Positions 1 to 8,288 of a stretch of 64,000 nt of DNA are shown one piece after another. Each line of letters opens with the position of its first letter. Position 1 is the stretch's first letter. Under the pieces are notes generated by a model that worked only from the letters and a program-made list of their open reading frames with translations, had not been told where the DNA came from and did no database searches. Origin of the DNA: Candidatus Flemingiibacterium sp. (lineage in GTDB: Bacteria > Bacillota > Clostridia > Oscillospirales > CAG-272); the NCBI GenBank assembly GCA_045579745.1, contig JAZNMQ010000046.1:15301-79300 (forward strand), read 5' to 3'. The translations under genes and the position numbers were made by a program.

Positions 1-165
1 ACGGCTTTCGCTTGCGGCTTGCGGCTGCTCCGTATAGCTTTGAGTCGGAGCAGGCTCGGGTTCGCTGACGTGAACTGCCTCTGCTTCACGCGGCTCGGAG
101 ATATTATTATCGGGGGAATTATTTATTAAATTTTCACTGTTATTTTGAAATTGATTGTTGTCCAT
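1..165 (-). CDS. hypothetical protein, N-terminal fragment (gene runs out of the window start)
   Basis: ATG at 163-165 with GGAGGA (174-179, minus sense) 8 nt upstream. The frame is open to position 1. Translation: MDNNQFQNNSENLINNSPDNNISEPREAEAVHVSEPEPAPTQSYTEQPQAASESR. Low complexity, no family recognised. Absent from the ORF track because it is under 60 aa in-window. Confidence 0.4.
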   Translation of the reverse strand, partial: MDNNQFQNNSENLINNSPDNNISEPREAEAVHVSEPEPAPTQSYTEQPQAASESR

Positions 166-300
166 TTTGAAATCCTCCTTTATGGATTTGACAGTATTAT
201 AATTTCTCAATGTGACGGTTATATGATGAAGTCGGGAAAGTTTATTGAAATAATCGTCCGTCAAAAATATATATGCAAAATATCGATTTTTATAAACAGC

Positions 301-329
301 TTGAATTTTCAAATGAACTGTGTTATAAT
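301..329 (+). promoter_or_regulatory. sigma-A-type promoter upstream of the DUF1015 gene
   Basis: TTGAAT (301-306), 17 bp spacer, TATAAT (324-329), with an extended -10 TG at 321-322. Confidence 0.55.
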
Positions 330-382
330 GAATACAGTAAATCGACTTTAAAATATCTCCTTGCGAGATAATGGAGGAACAA

Positions 383-1645
383 ATGAAAAACTGTTTTTAC
401 CCGGCGGATATTTTACTCCCGAAATTTGCAAACGACGCTGACAAAATGCGTCTGTGGTCGTGTGTGGCGTGCGACCAGTACACATCTGAGCCCGAATATT
501 GGGATGATGTCGAAAAGCTTGTCGGGGATGCACCGTCAACGCTTCGCGTGACCTTGCCCGAGATTTATCTATCTGAGGCTGAAAAGCGAATCCCAGCGAT
601 AAACTCGATGATGGCGGACTATATGGAGGATGTTTTTGTCGAGCACAAAAATTCGATGATATTTCTCGAGCGTCATCAAAACAACGGAAAAATACGCCGC
701 GGACTTGTAGGCGCGATTGACCTCGAATGCTATGATTATAACAAGGGCGCGAAATCGCTTGTCCGCGCAACCGAGGGAACGGTTCTTGAGCGTATCCCAC
801 CTCGCATAAAGATTCGAGAGGGTGCGCCGGTTGAGCTTCCCCACATTATGATTCTTATCGACGACCCCGAGAAGAGTGTAATCGAACCGCTTCTTTCAAA
901 TTCTGCTGAATTTGAAGCTGCCTACGATTTCGAGCTCATGAAGAACGGAGGCAGAGCAGTAGGGCGCTTTTTGCCGCAGACGGAGATCGAGCGCGTTTCG
1001 ATGGCACTTGAATCGCTTTGCAAAAAGGCGGAGGCAGAACAGATGTGTGATTCGCCGCTCGTATTTGCTATGGGCGACGGAAACCATTCGCTTGCATCTG
1101 CAAAGGCATTTTGGGAACAGCTTAAGTTAACACTGAGCGATGCAGAACGTGAATCTCACCCTGCGAGATACGCACTTTGCGAAATCGTAAACATTCACGA
1201 TGATGCGCTTGAGTTTGAGCCGATATACAGAGTCGTATTCGGCGCAGAGCCGATGGAGCTTATGGGTGAGCTTGAGAGCTACATAAAAAATCTTCCCGCG
1301 AGCGACATTCAGGCTCAGGCGTTTGAGTTCTTTGCAGGAGCCAAATCTGGCAAGTTTACAATCGACAATCCCACATCACTTCTTCCCGTGGGCTCGCTCC
1401 AGGCGTTCCTTGATAGTTATGTCAGATCACACGAGGGCGTTTCAATTGACTATATTCATGGCGTGGAGTCAACCAAAAAGCTCGCATCAGGCGAAAAAGC
1501 GATCGGATTCCTGTTTGAGGGAATGGGCAAGAGTGAGTTGTTCCCGACGGTCGTTCGTGACGGTGCGCTTCCGAGAAAGACGTTTTCCATGGGAGAGGCG
1601 GACGATAAGCGCTACTATCTTGAAGCGAGAAAAATTCGTGCATGA
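383..1645 (+). CDS. DUF1015 family protein (function unknown)
   Basis: Track ORF 371..1645. I prefer ATG 383, just after GGAGGA at 373-378. Segments such as RRGLVGAIDLECYDY and VRATEGTVLERIPPR resemble the DUF1015 family. Confidence 0.65.
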   Translation: MKNCFYPADILLPKFANDADKMRLWSCVACDQYTSEPEYWDDVEKLVGDAPSTLRVTLPEIYLSEAEKRIPAINSMMADYMEDVFVEHKNSMIFLERHQNNGKIRRGLVGAIDLECYDYNKGAKSLVRATEGTVLERIPPRIKIREGAPVELPHIMILIDDPEKSVIEPLLSNSAEFEAAYDFELMKNGGRAVGRFLPQTEIERVSMALESLCKKAEAEQMCDSPLVFAMGDGNHSLASAKAFWEQLKLTLSDAERESHPARYALCEIVNIHDDALEFEPIYRVVFGAEPMELMGELESYIKNLPASDIQAQAFEFFAGAKSGKFTIDNPTSLLPVGSLQAFLDSYVRSHEGVSIDYIHGVESTKKLASGEKAIGFLFEGMGKSELFPTVVRDGALPRKTFSMGEADDKRYYLEARKIRA

Positions 1646-1730
1646 ACTTGTCCCGACACAAAAGCTGACTCGGTAAGCAATAACGCAAAAATTATTTTTG
1701 CCCTGAAATGCAAAAATGGTCATGCGCCAC

Positions 1731-1759
1731 TTGACAAAAAGTAAAATTTAGGATATTAT
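1731..1759 (+). promoter_or_regulatory. sigma-A-type promoter upstream of the HPr-like gene
   Basis: TTGACA (1731-1736), 17 bp spacer, TATTAT (1754-1759). Confidence 0.6.
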
Positions 1760-1793
1760 ATAAACAAATAAATATATTAAGGAGTGACTTATA

Positions 1794-2021
1794 ATGAAAA
1801 CTGTTGAAATCAAGCTTTCCTCGATTGAGGACGTACGCAATTTCGTAAACATCGTAGGTAAATATGAGATGGATATTGACCTCACATCCGGACGCTATGT
1901 TGTAGATGCAAAGTCGATTATGGGTATTTTCTCGCTCGATCTTCTCAGCCCGATTCAGCTTACCGCACACAGCGACGAGCCCGAGGCACTTCTCGAGGAA
2001 ATCAAGCCATATATCATCTAA
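1794..2021 (+). CDS. HPr-like small protein (degenerate phosphocarrier fold, no His15 motif)
   Basis: 75 aa. VDAKSIMGIFSLDL matches the HPr Ser46 region (VNLKSIMGVMSLG). The N-terminal GIHARPA active-site segment is absent. AGGAG lies upstream and a consensus promoter sits at 1731-1759. Confidence 0.6.
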   Translation: MKTVEIKLSSIEDVRNFVNIVGKYEMDIDLTSGRYVVDAKSIMGIFSLDLLSPIQLTAHSDEPEALLEEIKPYII

Positions 2022-2098
2022 CTCCAAGGAAGCATCTTGATTCATATTAAGGCGGTGCCGCATCTGCACCACCCGAATCATGCGATACTGACATAAAT

Positions 2099-2144
2099 AT
2101 TTCCCCGAGGGAATTCCGATTATTTCGAAAGCCCTCGGGGAAAT
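2099..2144. terminator. bidirectional terminator between the HPr-like gene and trmL
   Basis: ATTTCCCCGAGGG (2099-2111) pairs with CCCTCGGGGAAAT (2132-2144). 13-bp arms and a 20-nt loop. Confidence 0.7.
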
Positions 2145-2189
2145 TGTATTTGTTCGCGCTTTGCATAAAAGCAGATTGAATTTATGAAA

Positions 2190-2690
2190 CTAATCCCACG
2201 AATATTTTGTCAGCTGACCGTCACCTCGAAGCCCTTCAAAGCCGTGCTGGCGAAGCACTTCATAAACGGCTATTGCGGCGGAATTTGAAAGATTGAGCGA
2301 ACGCAGTGAATCTCGCATGGGTATGCGCACACAGCGTTCGGGGTTACTGTACAGAAGATCCTCGGGAAGTCCCTTGGTTTCCTTGCCGAACATCAAAAAA
2401 ACGCGATTTGGGTATTCTATATCGGCATAGCAGTGCTTAGCTTTTGTTGTAAAACAGAAAAAATCGGCATCGGGGTTGCGCGAGAAGAAATCGTCAAGAT
2501 TTTCATAGTAGGTTATGTCAAGCTTATCCCAATAGTCAAGCCCTGCACGCTTGAGCTTTCGGTCATCTATTGTAAATCCGAGCGGCTTTACAAGGTGGAG
2601 TGCGGCTCCGGTTGCGGCACAGGTTCTTGCGATGTTGCCGGTGTTTTGCGGAATTTCGGGCTCGACAAGGACAATATTGATGTTGCTCAT
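2190..2690 (-). CDS. trmL: tRNA (cytidine(34)-2'-O)-methyltransferase TrmL (SpoU/TrmH family)
   Basis: 166 aa. N-terminal IVLVEPEIPQNTGNIARTCAATG and C-terminal knot region SLNLSNSAAIAVYEVLRQ are typical of TrmL. Confidence 0.85.
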   Translation of the reverse strand: MSNINIVLVEPEIPQNTGNIARTCAATGAALHLVKPLGFTIDDRKLKRAGLDYWDKLDITYYENLDDFFSRNPDADFFCFTTKAKHCYADIEYPNRVFLMFGKETKGLPEDLLYSNPERCVRIPMRDSLRSLNLSNSAAIAVYEVLRQHGFEGLRGDGQLTKYSWD

Positions 2691-2774
2691 GGCTCTTCCT
2701 CAAATAAATAAAATAATGCGTATTAAGCTCTGTCGCGGTAATACTAAGGGTGAAAACAATTAAGGAGTTTAAAT

Positions 2775-3695
2775 ATGCGAAAATTCAGAAGTGATAGTAT
2801 AAATCTTGCAGATCCCCGTATCACATACATGTTTCTTTGGGCATTTGTGATCGTTTGCGCAGTAATGTGCGCTCTATTAAGCGGCCTCGAGGTCAAGCTT
2901 CGCGATAGTGAGCTTGATCTATGCCGAAAATCTCTTGCTGAATGTGCCGATGCACTTAACGCTTGGTCAAATGGAGAGGATTCTGTATCACAGCTTCATT
3001 CTTCGCTCAGGTTTAAAAATGCAATAGCCATGCTGCCGAGGGGCGTAGATATTGAGCCGCTGTTAAGGCTTGCGGATTCGCTCGAGTCCGCCGATGACAG
3101 CATACGGATGATCGCGAGGGCGTATGCCGATGTGTTTGTTTTGCTTTCGGCTATTGAATATTCAAGCGAGGATGATGCAAGCAGGCTTATAGGTAACACG
3201 CTTGCGGCTGTATCTGATAGGTTTTCTGACGCTTCCGATGGGGCGCCCATACAAAATGCGTCAGGGGATATTACGGGCTTCGCCGAGCTCGATACAAGTC
3301 GGTACAGCTTGAATGCAGCCGAGAATATAATGAAGGGGCTGTTTGGCGACAGCGGAGAGAGCATTAAATGCGAAAGTGCCGCTGACGGCGGGGCTTGGAT
3401 GGCCGAAGCAGACAATCTCAGACTTGTATTCTCGTCATTTGACGGCAGTCTTGAGAGCTTTGTTTATGTCCGACTTGGTGCACCGTCAAAAATGGAATGT
3501 ACCGAGAATGAGCAAATAGAGCGCCTCGAGGGCTTTGCTGAGAATAAGCTGAAGCTTGGCAGAGTGAGAGAAATAAAATGCTGTGACAGGCTGGGCGGAT
3601 TTTCGCTTTACGAGCTGTCGTGCAAACGAGGCGATTATCGGGCGGTGATCGATGGTAGCGGCAGAGTGTGGAGCATGATTAAAGTAAAAAGGTGA
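2775..3695 (+). CDS. hypothetical membrane-anchored protein
   Basis: 306 aa with one N-terminal TM (ITYMFLWAFVIVCAVMCALLSGL) followed by an acidic, Ser/Ala-rich domain. No family confidently recognised. A YpeB/PepSY-like relationship is only a weak impression. Confidence 0.5.
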   Translation: MRKFRSDSINLADPRITYMFLWAFVIVCAVMCALLSGLEVKLRDSELDLCRKSLAECADALNAWSNGEDSVSQLHSSLRFKNAIAMLPRGVDIEPLLRLADSLESADDSIRMIARAYADVFVLLSAIEYSSEDDASRLIGNTLAAVSDRFSDASDGAPIQNASGDITGFAELDTSRYSLNAAENIMKGLFGDSGESIKCESAADGGAWMAEADNLRLVFSSFDGSLESFVYVRLGAPSKMECTENEQIERLEGFAENKLKLGRVREIKCCDRLGGFSLYELSCKRGDYRAVIDGSGRVWSMIKVKR

Positions 3696-3733
3696 TGAAA
3701 GAACTTCATCACCCAAAGTACATATAAGAGTAA

Positions 3734-4000
3734 TTATGCGTCAAGCTTGTTGAGCTTTACGGTAAAGTTGCTCTTTTTTCTTGCAGCATTGTTCTTGTGG
3801 AGAAGTCCCTTGGCAACTGCCTGGTCGATCTTCTTAACTGCCGCCTTATAAGTTTCTGCAGCTTCAGTCTTATTACCGGATGCGAGAGCTGCTTCATACT
3901 TCTTCATAGAAGTCTTGAGAGCGGTCTTGAGCATCTTATTCTGCATTGTTTTAGCTTCGATAACCTTAACACGCTTCTTTGCGGATTTAATGTTCGGCAA
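3734..4000 (-). CDS. rpsT: 30S ribosomal protein S20
   Basis: PNIKSAKKRVKVIEAKTMQNK is the S20 N-terminal signature. The real start is probably TTG 3998-4000, 6 nt after GGAGGTG (4007-4013, minus sense). The track ORF start at 4018 reads through the SD. Confidence 0.9.
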   Translation of the reverse strand: MPNIKSAKKRVKVIEAKTMQNKMLKTALKTSMKKYEAALASGNKTEAAETYKAAVKKIDQAVAKGLLHKNNAARKKSNFTVKLNKLDA

Positions 4001-4102
4001 ACTGTTCACCTCCTTCAAAGTTCGTCTGCATCAAGCTTTGACTGGCATTGGTTTTCCTGATGCAGCCGGGGCTTGAAGCTGTATAACAGCATTACTCCGT
4101 AT

Positions 4103-4131
4103 ATGATATCACATATTTTTTCAAATTTCAA
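4103..4131 (-). promoter_or_regulatory. sigma-A-type promoter of rpsT
   Basis: Minus strand reads TTGAAA (4126-4131), 17 bp spacer, TATCAT (4103-4108), with TG of an extended -10. Confidence 0.55.
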
Positions 4132-4359
4132 GAGGTTTTTGAAAAAAACTTTAAATTTTGTGAATCTTTTTTATAATGCGGGGAAATTAAGCCGCTTTGA
4201 GGCTCGATACGCGAGCGATATTACAAATTTACTTCAATAATCATTGTATTTGCTCCGGCGTTTTTGCTGCGAAAGCTCAAAGGCACATTCTCGTGCGTAC
4301 CGCTTGAAAGGGTCGCTGAAGACACCTTAAAAATATTTCATAAAAAAGAAATTTTTCTA

Positions 4360-4388
4360 TTGACAATATTGAAAACGTGTGATATAAT
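4360..4388 (+). promoter_or_regulatory. sigma-A-type promoter of rpoB-rpoC
   Basis: TTGACA (4360-4365), 17 bp spacer, TATAAT (4383-4388), with an extended -10 (TGaTATAAT). About 140 nt upstream of the rpoB ATG. Confidence 0.7.
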
Positions 4389-4440
4389 ATTATACTGCAT
4401 TATAATCGCTTTGATTATGCATATTTTTGGCTTTGTGACG

Positions 4441-4470
4441 AAAAATGTGCATAATTTCACATTTTTTATG
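4441..4470 (+). terminator. possible attenuator hairpin in the rpoB leader
   Basis: AAAAATGTG (4441-4449), loop CATAATTT, CACATTTTT (4458-4466), followed by TATG. The stem is 9 bp and AT-rich with an embedded U-run. Function not established. Confidence 0.3.
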
Positions 4471-4529
4471 TGATTTCGGACGATGTAAATGACCGGATGT
4501 CAATTTTGTTGAATGGAGTGATAGTTTTT

Positions 4530-7500
4530 ATGGTGGTCAAACCTACGATGCTTGGCAAAACCGAACGAATGAGTTTCGCTAAGATAGGCGATACTCTGGA
4601 AATGCCAAATCTTATCGAGACCCAGAAAAAGTCATACAGGTGGTTCCTTGAAGACGGACTTCGCGAGGTGCTGCGTGATGTGTCACCGATTACAGACTAT
4701 TCTGGCAATCTCGTAATAGAATTTATTGACTATACCATCGACCCGACCCCGAAATATCCTGAAGAAGAGTGCAAAGACCGTGATACCAATTACGCGGCTC
4801 CTCTTCGCGTTACCGTTCGCCTGACAAACAAGGCTACGGGCGAGGTTAAGGAATCTGCGGTATTTATGGGCGATTTCCCGCTCATGACCGACAACGGCAC
4901 ATTTATTATCAATGGCGCAGAGCGCGTTATTGTTTCTCAGATTGTGCGTTCTCCCGGCATTTATTATGATACCTCTATTGATAAAACAGGTAAGGTGCTC
5001 TATACAGCTACTGTTATCCCATATCGTGGAGCATGGCTTGAATATGAAACCGACACAAACGATATTTTCTATGTTCGCATAGATAAAAACCGCAAGATTC
5101 CGGTTACAGTTCTTATTCGTGCACTCGGCATAGAATCAAATGAGGAAATCGTTAAATATTTCGGCGAAGATCCGAAGCTCATGGTTACCATGGAAAAGGA
5201 CATGATGCAGGCAGAGGCCGAAAAGAATCATACATCGCTCGGCGATGAAGCTTTAAAGGAAATTTATAAGAAGCTTCGTCCGGGTGAGCCTCCGTTGGTC
5301 GAAAGCGCTCAGCTTCTCATGAATAATTTGTTCTTTGATCCTAAGCGTTATGACCTTGCGGCAGTTGGACGTTATAAGTTTGATAAGAAATTGGCGCTTG
5401 GCAGCCGTATTTCCGGACGCAAGCTTTCCCGTGCGGTGGTTTCTCCGATTACGGGTGAGGTGCTCTTCGATGCAGAGGTGCTTCTTGACGAGGAGAAGGC
5501 GCTGGCAATTGAGAATGCAGGCGTCAACGAGGTTTATCTCTTCCTTGATGATAACGAAACCGAAATCAAGGTGTTCGGCAACGGCATGATTGAGGCTAAG
5601 AATATCATCGGATGCGACCTTGACGATATCGGAATATCCGAAAAGATCAAGCTTTCGGTTGCACTCGATATTCTCGAGGAAACCGGCGGAGATGTTGAAG
5701 AATTCAAGAAAATCGCTGCAACTAAGGCTGCAGAGCTTTCGCCGCGTCATATTACTAAGGATGATATTTTTGCATCTATTAACTACCTGACATGTCTTGC
5801 ACATGGTATCGGAGTTGAGGATGACATTGACCATCTCGGAAACCGACGTCTGCGTTCCGTAGGCGAGCTTCTCCAGAATCAGCTTCGCATCGGTTTCTCC
5901 CGCATGGACAAGACTGTAAAAGAGCGTATGACAACTCAGGATGCGGAAACGCTCACTCCGAATACGCTTATTAATATCAGACCGATTGTTACTGCAATCC
6001 GTGAATTCTTCGGCTCGTCGCCGCTATCTCAGTTCATGGATCAGAACAACCCGCTCGCAGAGCTTACTCATAAGCGCCGTCTTTCTGCACTTGGTCCCGG
6101 CGGCTTGTCGCGCGATCGCGCTTCGTTCGAGGTTCGTGACGTACACTATACTCACTATGGCCGTATGTGCCCGATTGAAACTCCTGAAGGACCCAATATC
6201 GGACTTATTTCGTATCTTTCAACTTATGCAAAGATCAATAACTACGGCTTTATTGAAGCTCCATACCGCAAAATCGATAAGGCTACCGGCGTAGTTACCG
6301 ACGAGGTTGTATACATGACCGCGGATGTTGAGGATAACTACACTATTGCGCAGGCTAATGAAGCACTGGATGAAAACGGACGCTTTGTCAACAGCCGTAT
6401 ATCGGGTCGCCGCAGAAATGAAATTATCGAATTTAACGCAAGTGAAGCGGATTTCATGGATGTTTCGCCTAAGATGGTTGTTTCTGTTGCAACAGCGTGC
6501 ATTCCTTTCCTTGAAAACGACGATAACTCCCGTGCGCTCATGGGTTCAAACATGCAGAAGCAGGCTGTGCCGCTTCTTATCCCTGAGGCTCCTATCGTTG
6601 CTACCGGTATGGAATACAAGGCTGCAGTCGATTCCGGCGTAGTTGTATGCGCTAAAAACGCAGGTTACGTTGAAAGAGTTTGCGCTGATGAAATCGTAAT
6701 CCGTACAGACGCAGGAACAAAGGATGTTTATCATCTTGTTAAGTTTAAACGCTCTAACCAGGGTACTTGTGTAAACCAGCACCCGATAGTTGACCTCGGC
6801 GAGAGAGTGGAGGCAAAGCAGGTAATCGCTGACGGACCTGCAACCGATAAGGGCGAAATTTCACTCGGAAAGAATGCTCTCATCGGCTTTATGACCTGGG
6901 AAGGCTACAACTACGAGGACGCGGTTCTTCTTAATGAAAGACTCGTTCGCGACGATGTATACACCTCAATCCATATTGAAGAATATTCTCATGAAGCTCG
7001 TGATACAAAGCTCGGACCGGAAGAAATCACACGCGAAATACCGAACGTCGGTGAGGACGCGCTGAAGGACCTCACACCGGACGGTATCATCAGAAAGGGT
7101 ACTGAGGTTCGTGCAGGAGATATCCTTGTAGGTAAGGTTACTCCTAAGGGTGAAACCGAGCTTACTGCGGAAGAACGTCTGCTTCGTGCAATTTTCGGAG
7201 AAAAAGCGCGTGAGGTTCGCGACACCTCGCTCCGTTTGCCTCATGGCGAATCGGGTATCGTTATAGATGTTAAGGTGTTCTCGCGTGAGGATTCGGATGA
7301 GCTTCCTCCCGGAGTTAACAAGGTCGTTCGCGTTTATATCGCTCAAAAGCGTAAGATTTCCGTCGGAGATAAGATGGCGGGCCGTCATGGTAACAAGGGT
7401 GTCGTTTCCCGTATTCTGCCGCCCCTGGATATGCCGTTCCTTCCTGATGGAACTCCGCTTGATATCGTTCTTAACCCGATGGGCGTACCTTCCCGAATGA

Positions 7501-8267
7501 ATATCGGACAGGTGCTCGAGGTTCACCTCGGTATCGCGGCTAAGAAGCTTGGCTGGAAGATCATGACTCCCGTATTTGACGGCGCTAACGAGAAGGATAT
7601 AGCTGAGTGCCTCAGAATGGCAGGCATGAACGAAAACGGAAAGACCGTTCTTTATGACGGCCGTACGGGCGAGGCGTTTGACAACCCCGTAACTGTCGGT
7701 ATCATGTATTATCTCAAGCTTCACCACCTCGTTGACGATAAGATCCATGCTCGTTCAACAGGACCTTATGGACTTGTTACACAGCAGCCTCTCGGCGGTA
7801 AAGCGCAGTTCGGCGGACAGCGTTTTGGCGAGATGGAGGTTTGGGCACTCGAGGCATATGGTGCGGCTTACACGCTGCAGGAAATCTTGACCGTTAAATC
7901 GGACGATGTTACCGGTCGTGTCAAGACATATGAAGCGATTGTCAAGGGTCAGAATATTCCGACTCCTGGCGTTCCTGAAGCATTCAAGGTGCTTGTTAAG
8001 GAGCTTCAGTCGCTTGCACTTGATATTAAGGTGCTCGACCGCGAAGGCAATGTAATTGAGCTTTCTACTCTTGACGATGAGGACGACGGATATACGCCGA
8101 ATTATGTTTCTGACGCCGATGTTGGAGAAACTGTTACTGATGAAAGCGAGCTTCGCGATTCATTTACAGAGGAGCAGTTTGACGAGGACGATGATCAGTA
8201 TGGCGATGCCGACGATATTCTCGACGACGGTGATTACGACGACATCTACGATGATGACGACGAATAA
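4530..8267 (+). CDS. rpoB: DNA-directed RNA polymerase subunit beta
   Basis: Unmistakable RpoB sequence ([41 protein letters not shown]-like [23 protein letters not shown]). Start moved to ATG 4530, with GGAG 9 nt upstream. The upstream part of the track ORF crosses the leader. Confidence 0.97.
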   Translation: MVVKPTMLGKTERMSFAKIGDTLEMPNLIETQKKSYRWFLEDGLREVLRDVSPITDYSGNLVIEFIDYTIDPTPKYPEEECKDRDTNYAAPLRVTVRLTNKATGEVKESAVFMGDFPLMTDNGTFIINGAERVIVSQIVRSPGIYYDTSIDKTGKVLYTATVIPYRGAWLEYETDTNDIFYVRIDKNRKIPVTVLIRALGIESNEEIVKYFGEDPKLMVTMEKDMMQAEAEKNHTSLGDEALKEIYKKLRPGEPPLVESAQLLMNNLFFDPKRYDLAAVGRYKFDKKLALGSRISGRKLSRAVVSPITGEVLFDAEVLLDEEKALAIENAGVNEVYLFLDDNETEIKVFGNGMIEAKNIIGCDLDDIGISEKIKLSVALDILEETGGDVEEFKKIAATKAAELSPRHITKDDIFASINYLTCLAHGIGVEDDIDHLGNRRLRSVGELLQNQLRIGFSRMDKTVKERMTTQDAETLTPNTLINIRPIVTAIREFFGSSPLSQFMDQNNPLAELTHKRRLSALGPGGLSRDRASFEVRDVHYTHYGRMCPIETPEGPNIGLISYLSTYAKINNYGFIEAPYRKIDKATGVVTDEVVYMTADVEDNYTIAQANEALDENGRFVNSRISGRRRNEIIEFNASEADFMDVSPKMVVSVATACIPFLENDDNSRALMGSNMQKQAVPLLIPEAPIVATGMEYKAAVDSGVVVCAKNAGYVERVCADEIVIRTDAGTKDVYHLVKFKRSNQGTCVNQHPIVDLGERVEAKQVIADGPATDKGEISLGKNALIGFMTWEGYNYEDAVLLNERLVRDDVYTSIHIEEYSHEARDTKLGPEEITREIPNVGEDALKDLTPDGIIRKGTEVRAGDILVGKVTPKGETELTAEERLLRAIFGEKAREVRDTSLRLPHGESGIVIDVKVFSREDSDELPPGVNKVVRVYIAQKRKISVGDKMAGRHGNKGVVSRILPPLDMPFLPDGTPLDIVLNPMGVPSRMNIGQVLEVHLGIAAKKLGWKIMTPVFDGANEKDIAECLRMAGMNENGKTVLYDGRTGEAFDNPVTVGIMYYLKLHHLVDDKIHARSTGPYGLVTQQPLGGKAQFGGQRFGEMEVWALEAYGAAYTLQEILTVKSDDVTGRVKTYEAIVKGQNIPTPGVPEAFKVLVKELQSLALDIKVLDREGNVIELSTLDDEDDGYTPNYVSDADVGETVTDESELRDSFTEEQFDEDDDQYGDADDILDDGDYDDIYDDDDE

Positions 8268-8288
8268 GAATGGAGAAGGAAATAATTG

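Noticed and set aside
4264-4473. 69-aa ORF upstream of rpoB.
   Set aside because: It runs straight through the rpoB promoter -35/-10 boxes and leader. It has a TTG start without an SD and a hydrophobic, AT-driven translation. Judged spurious.
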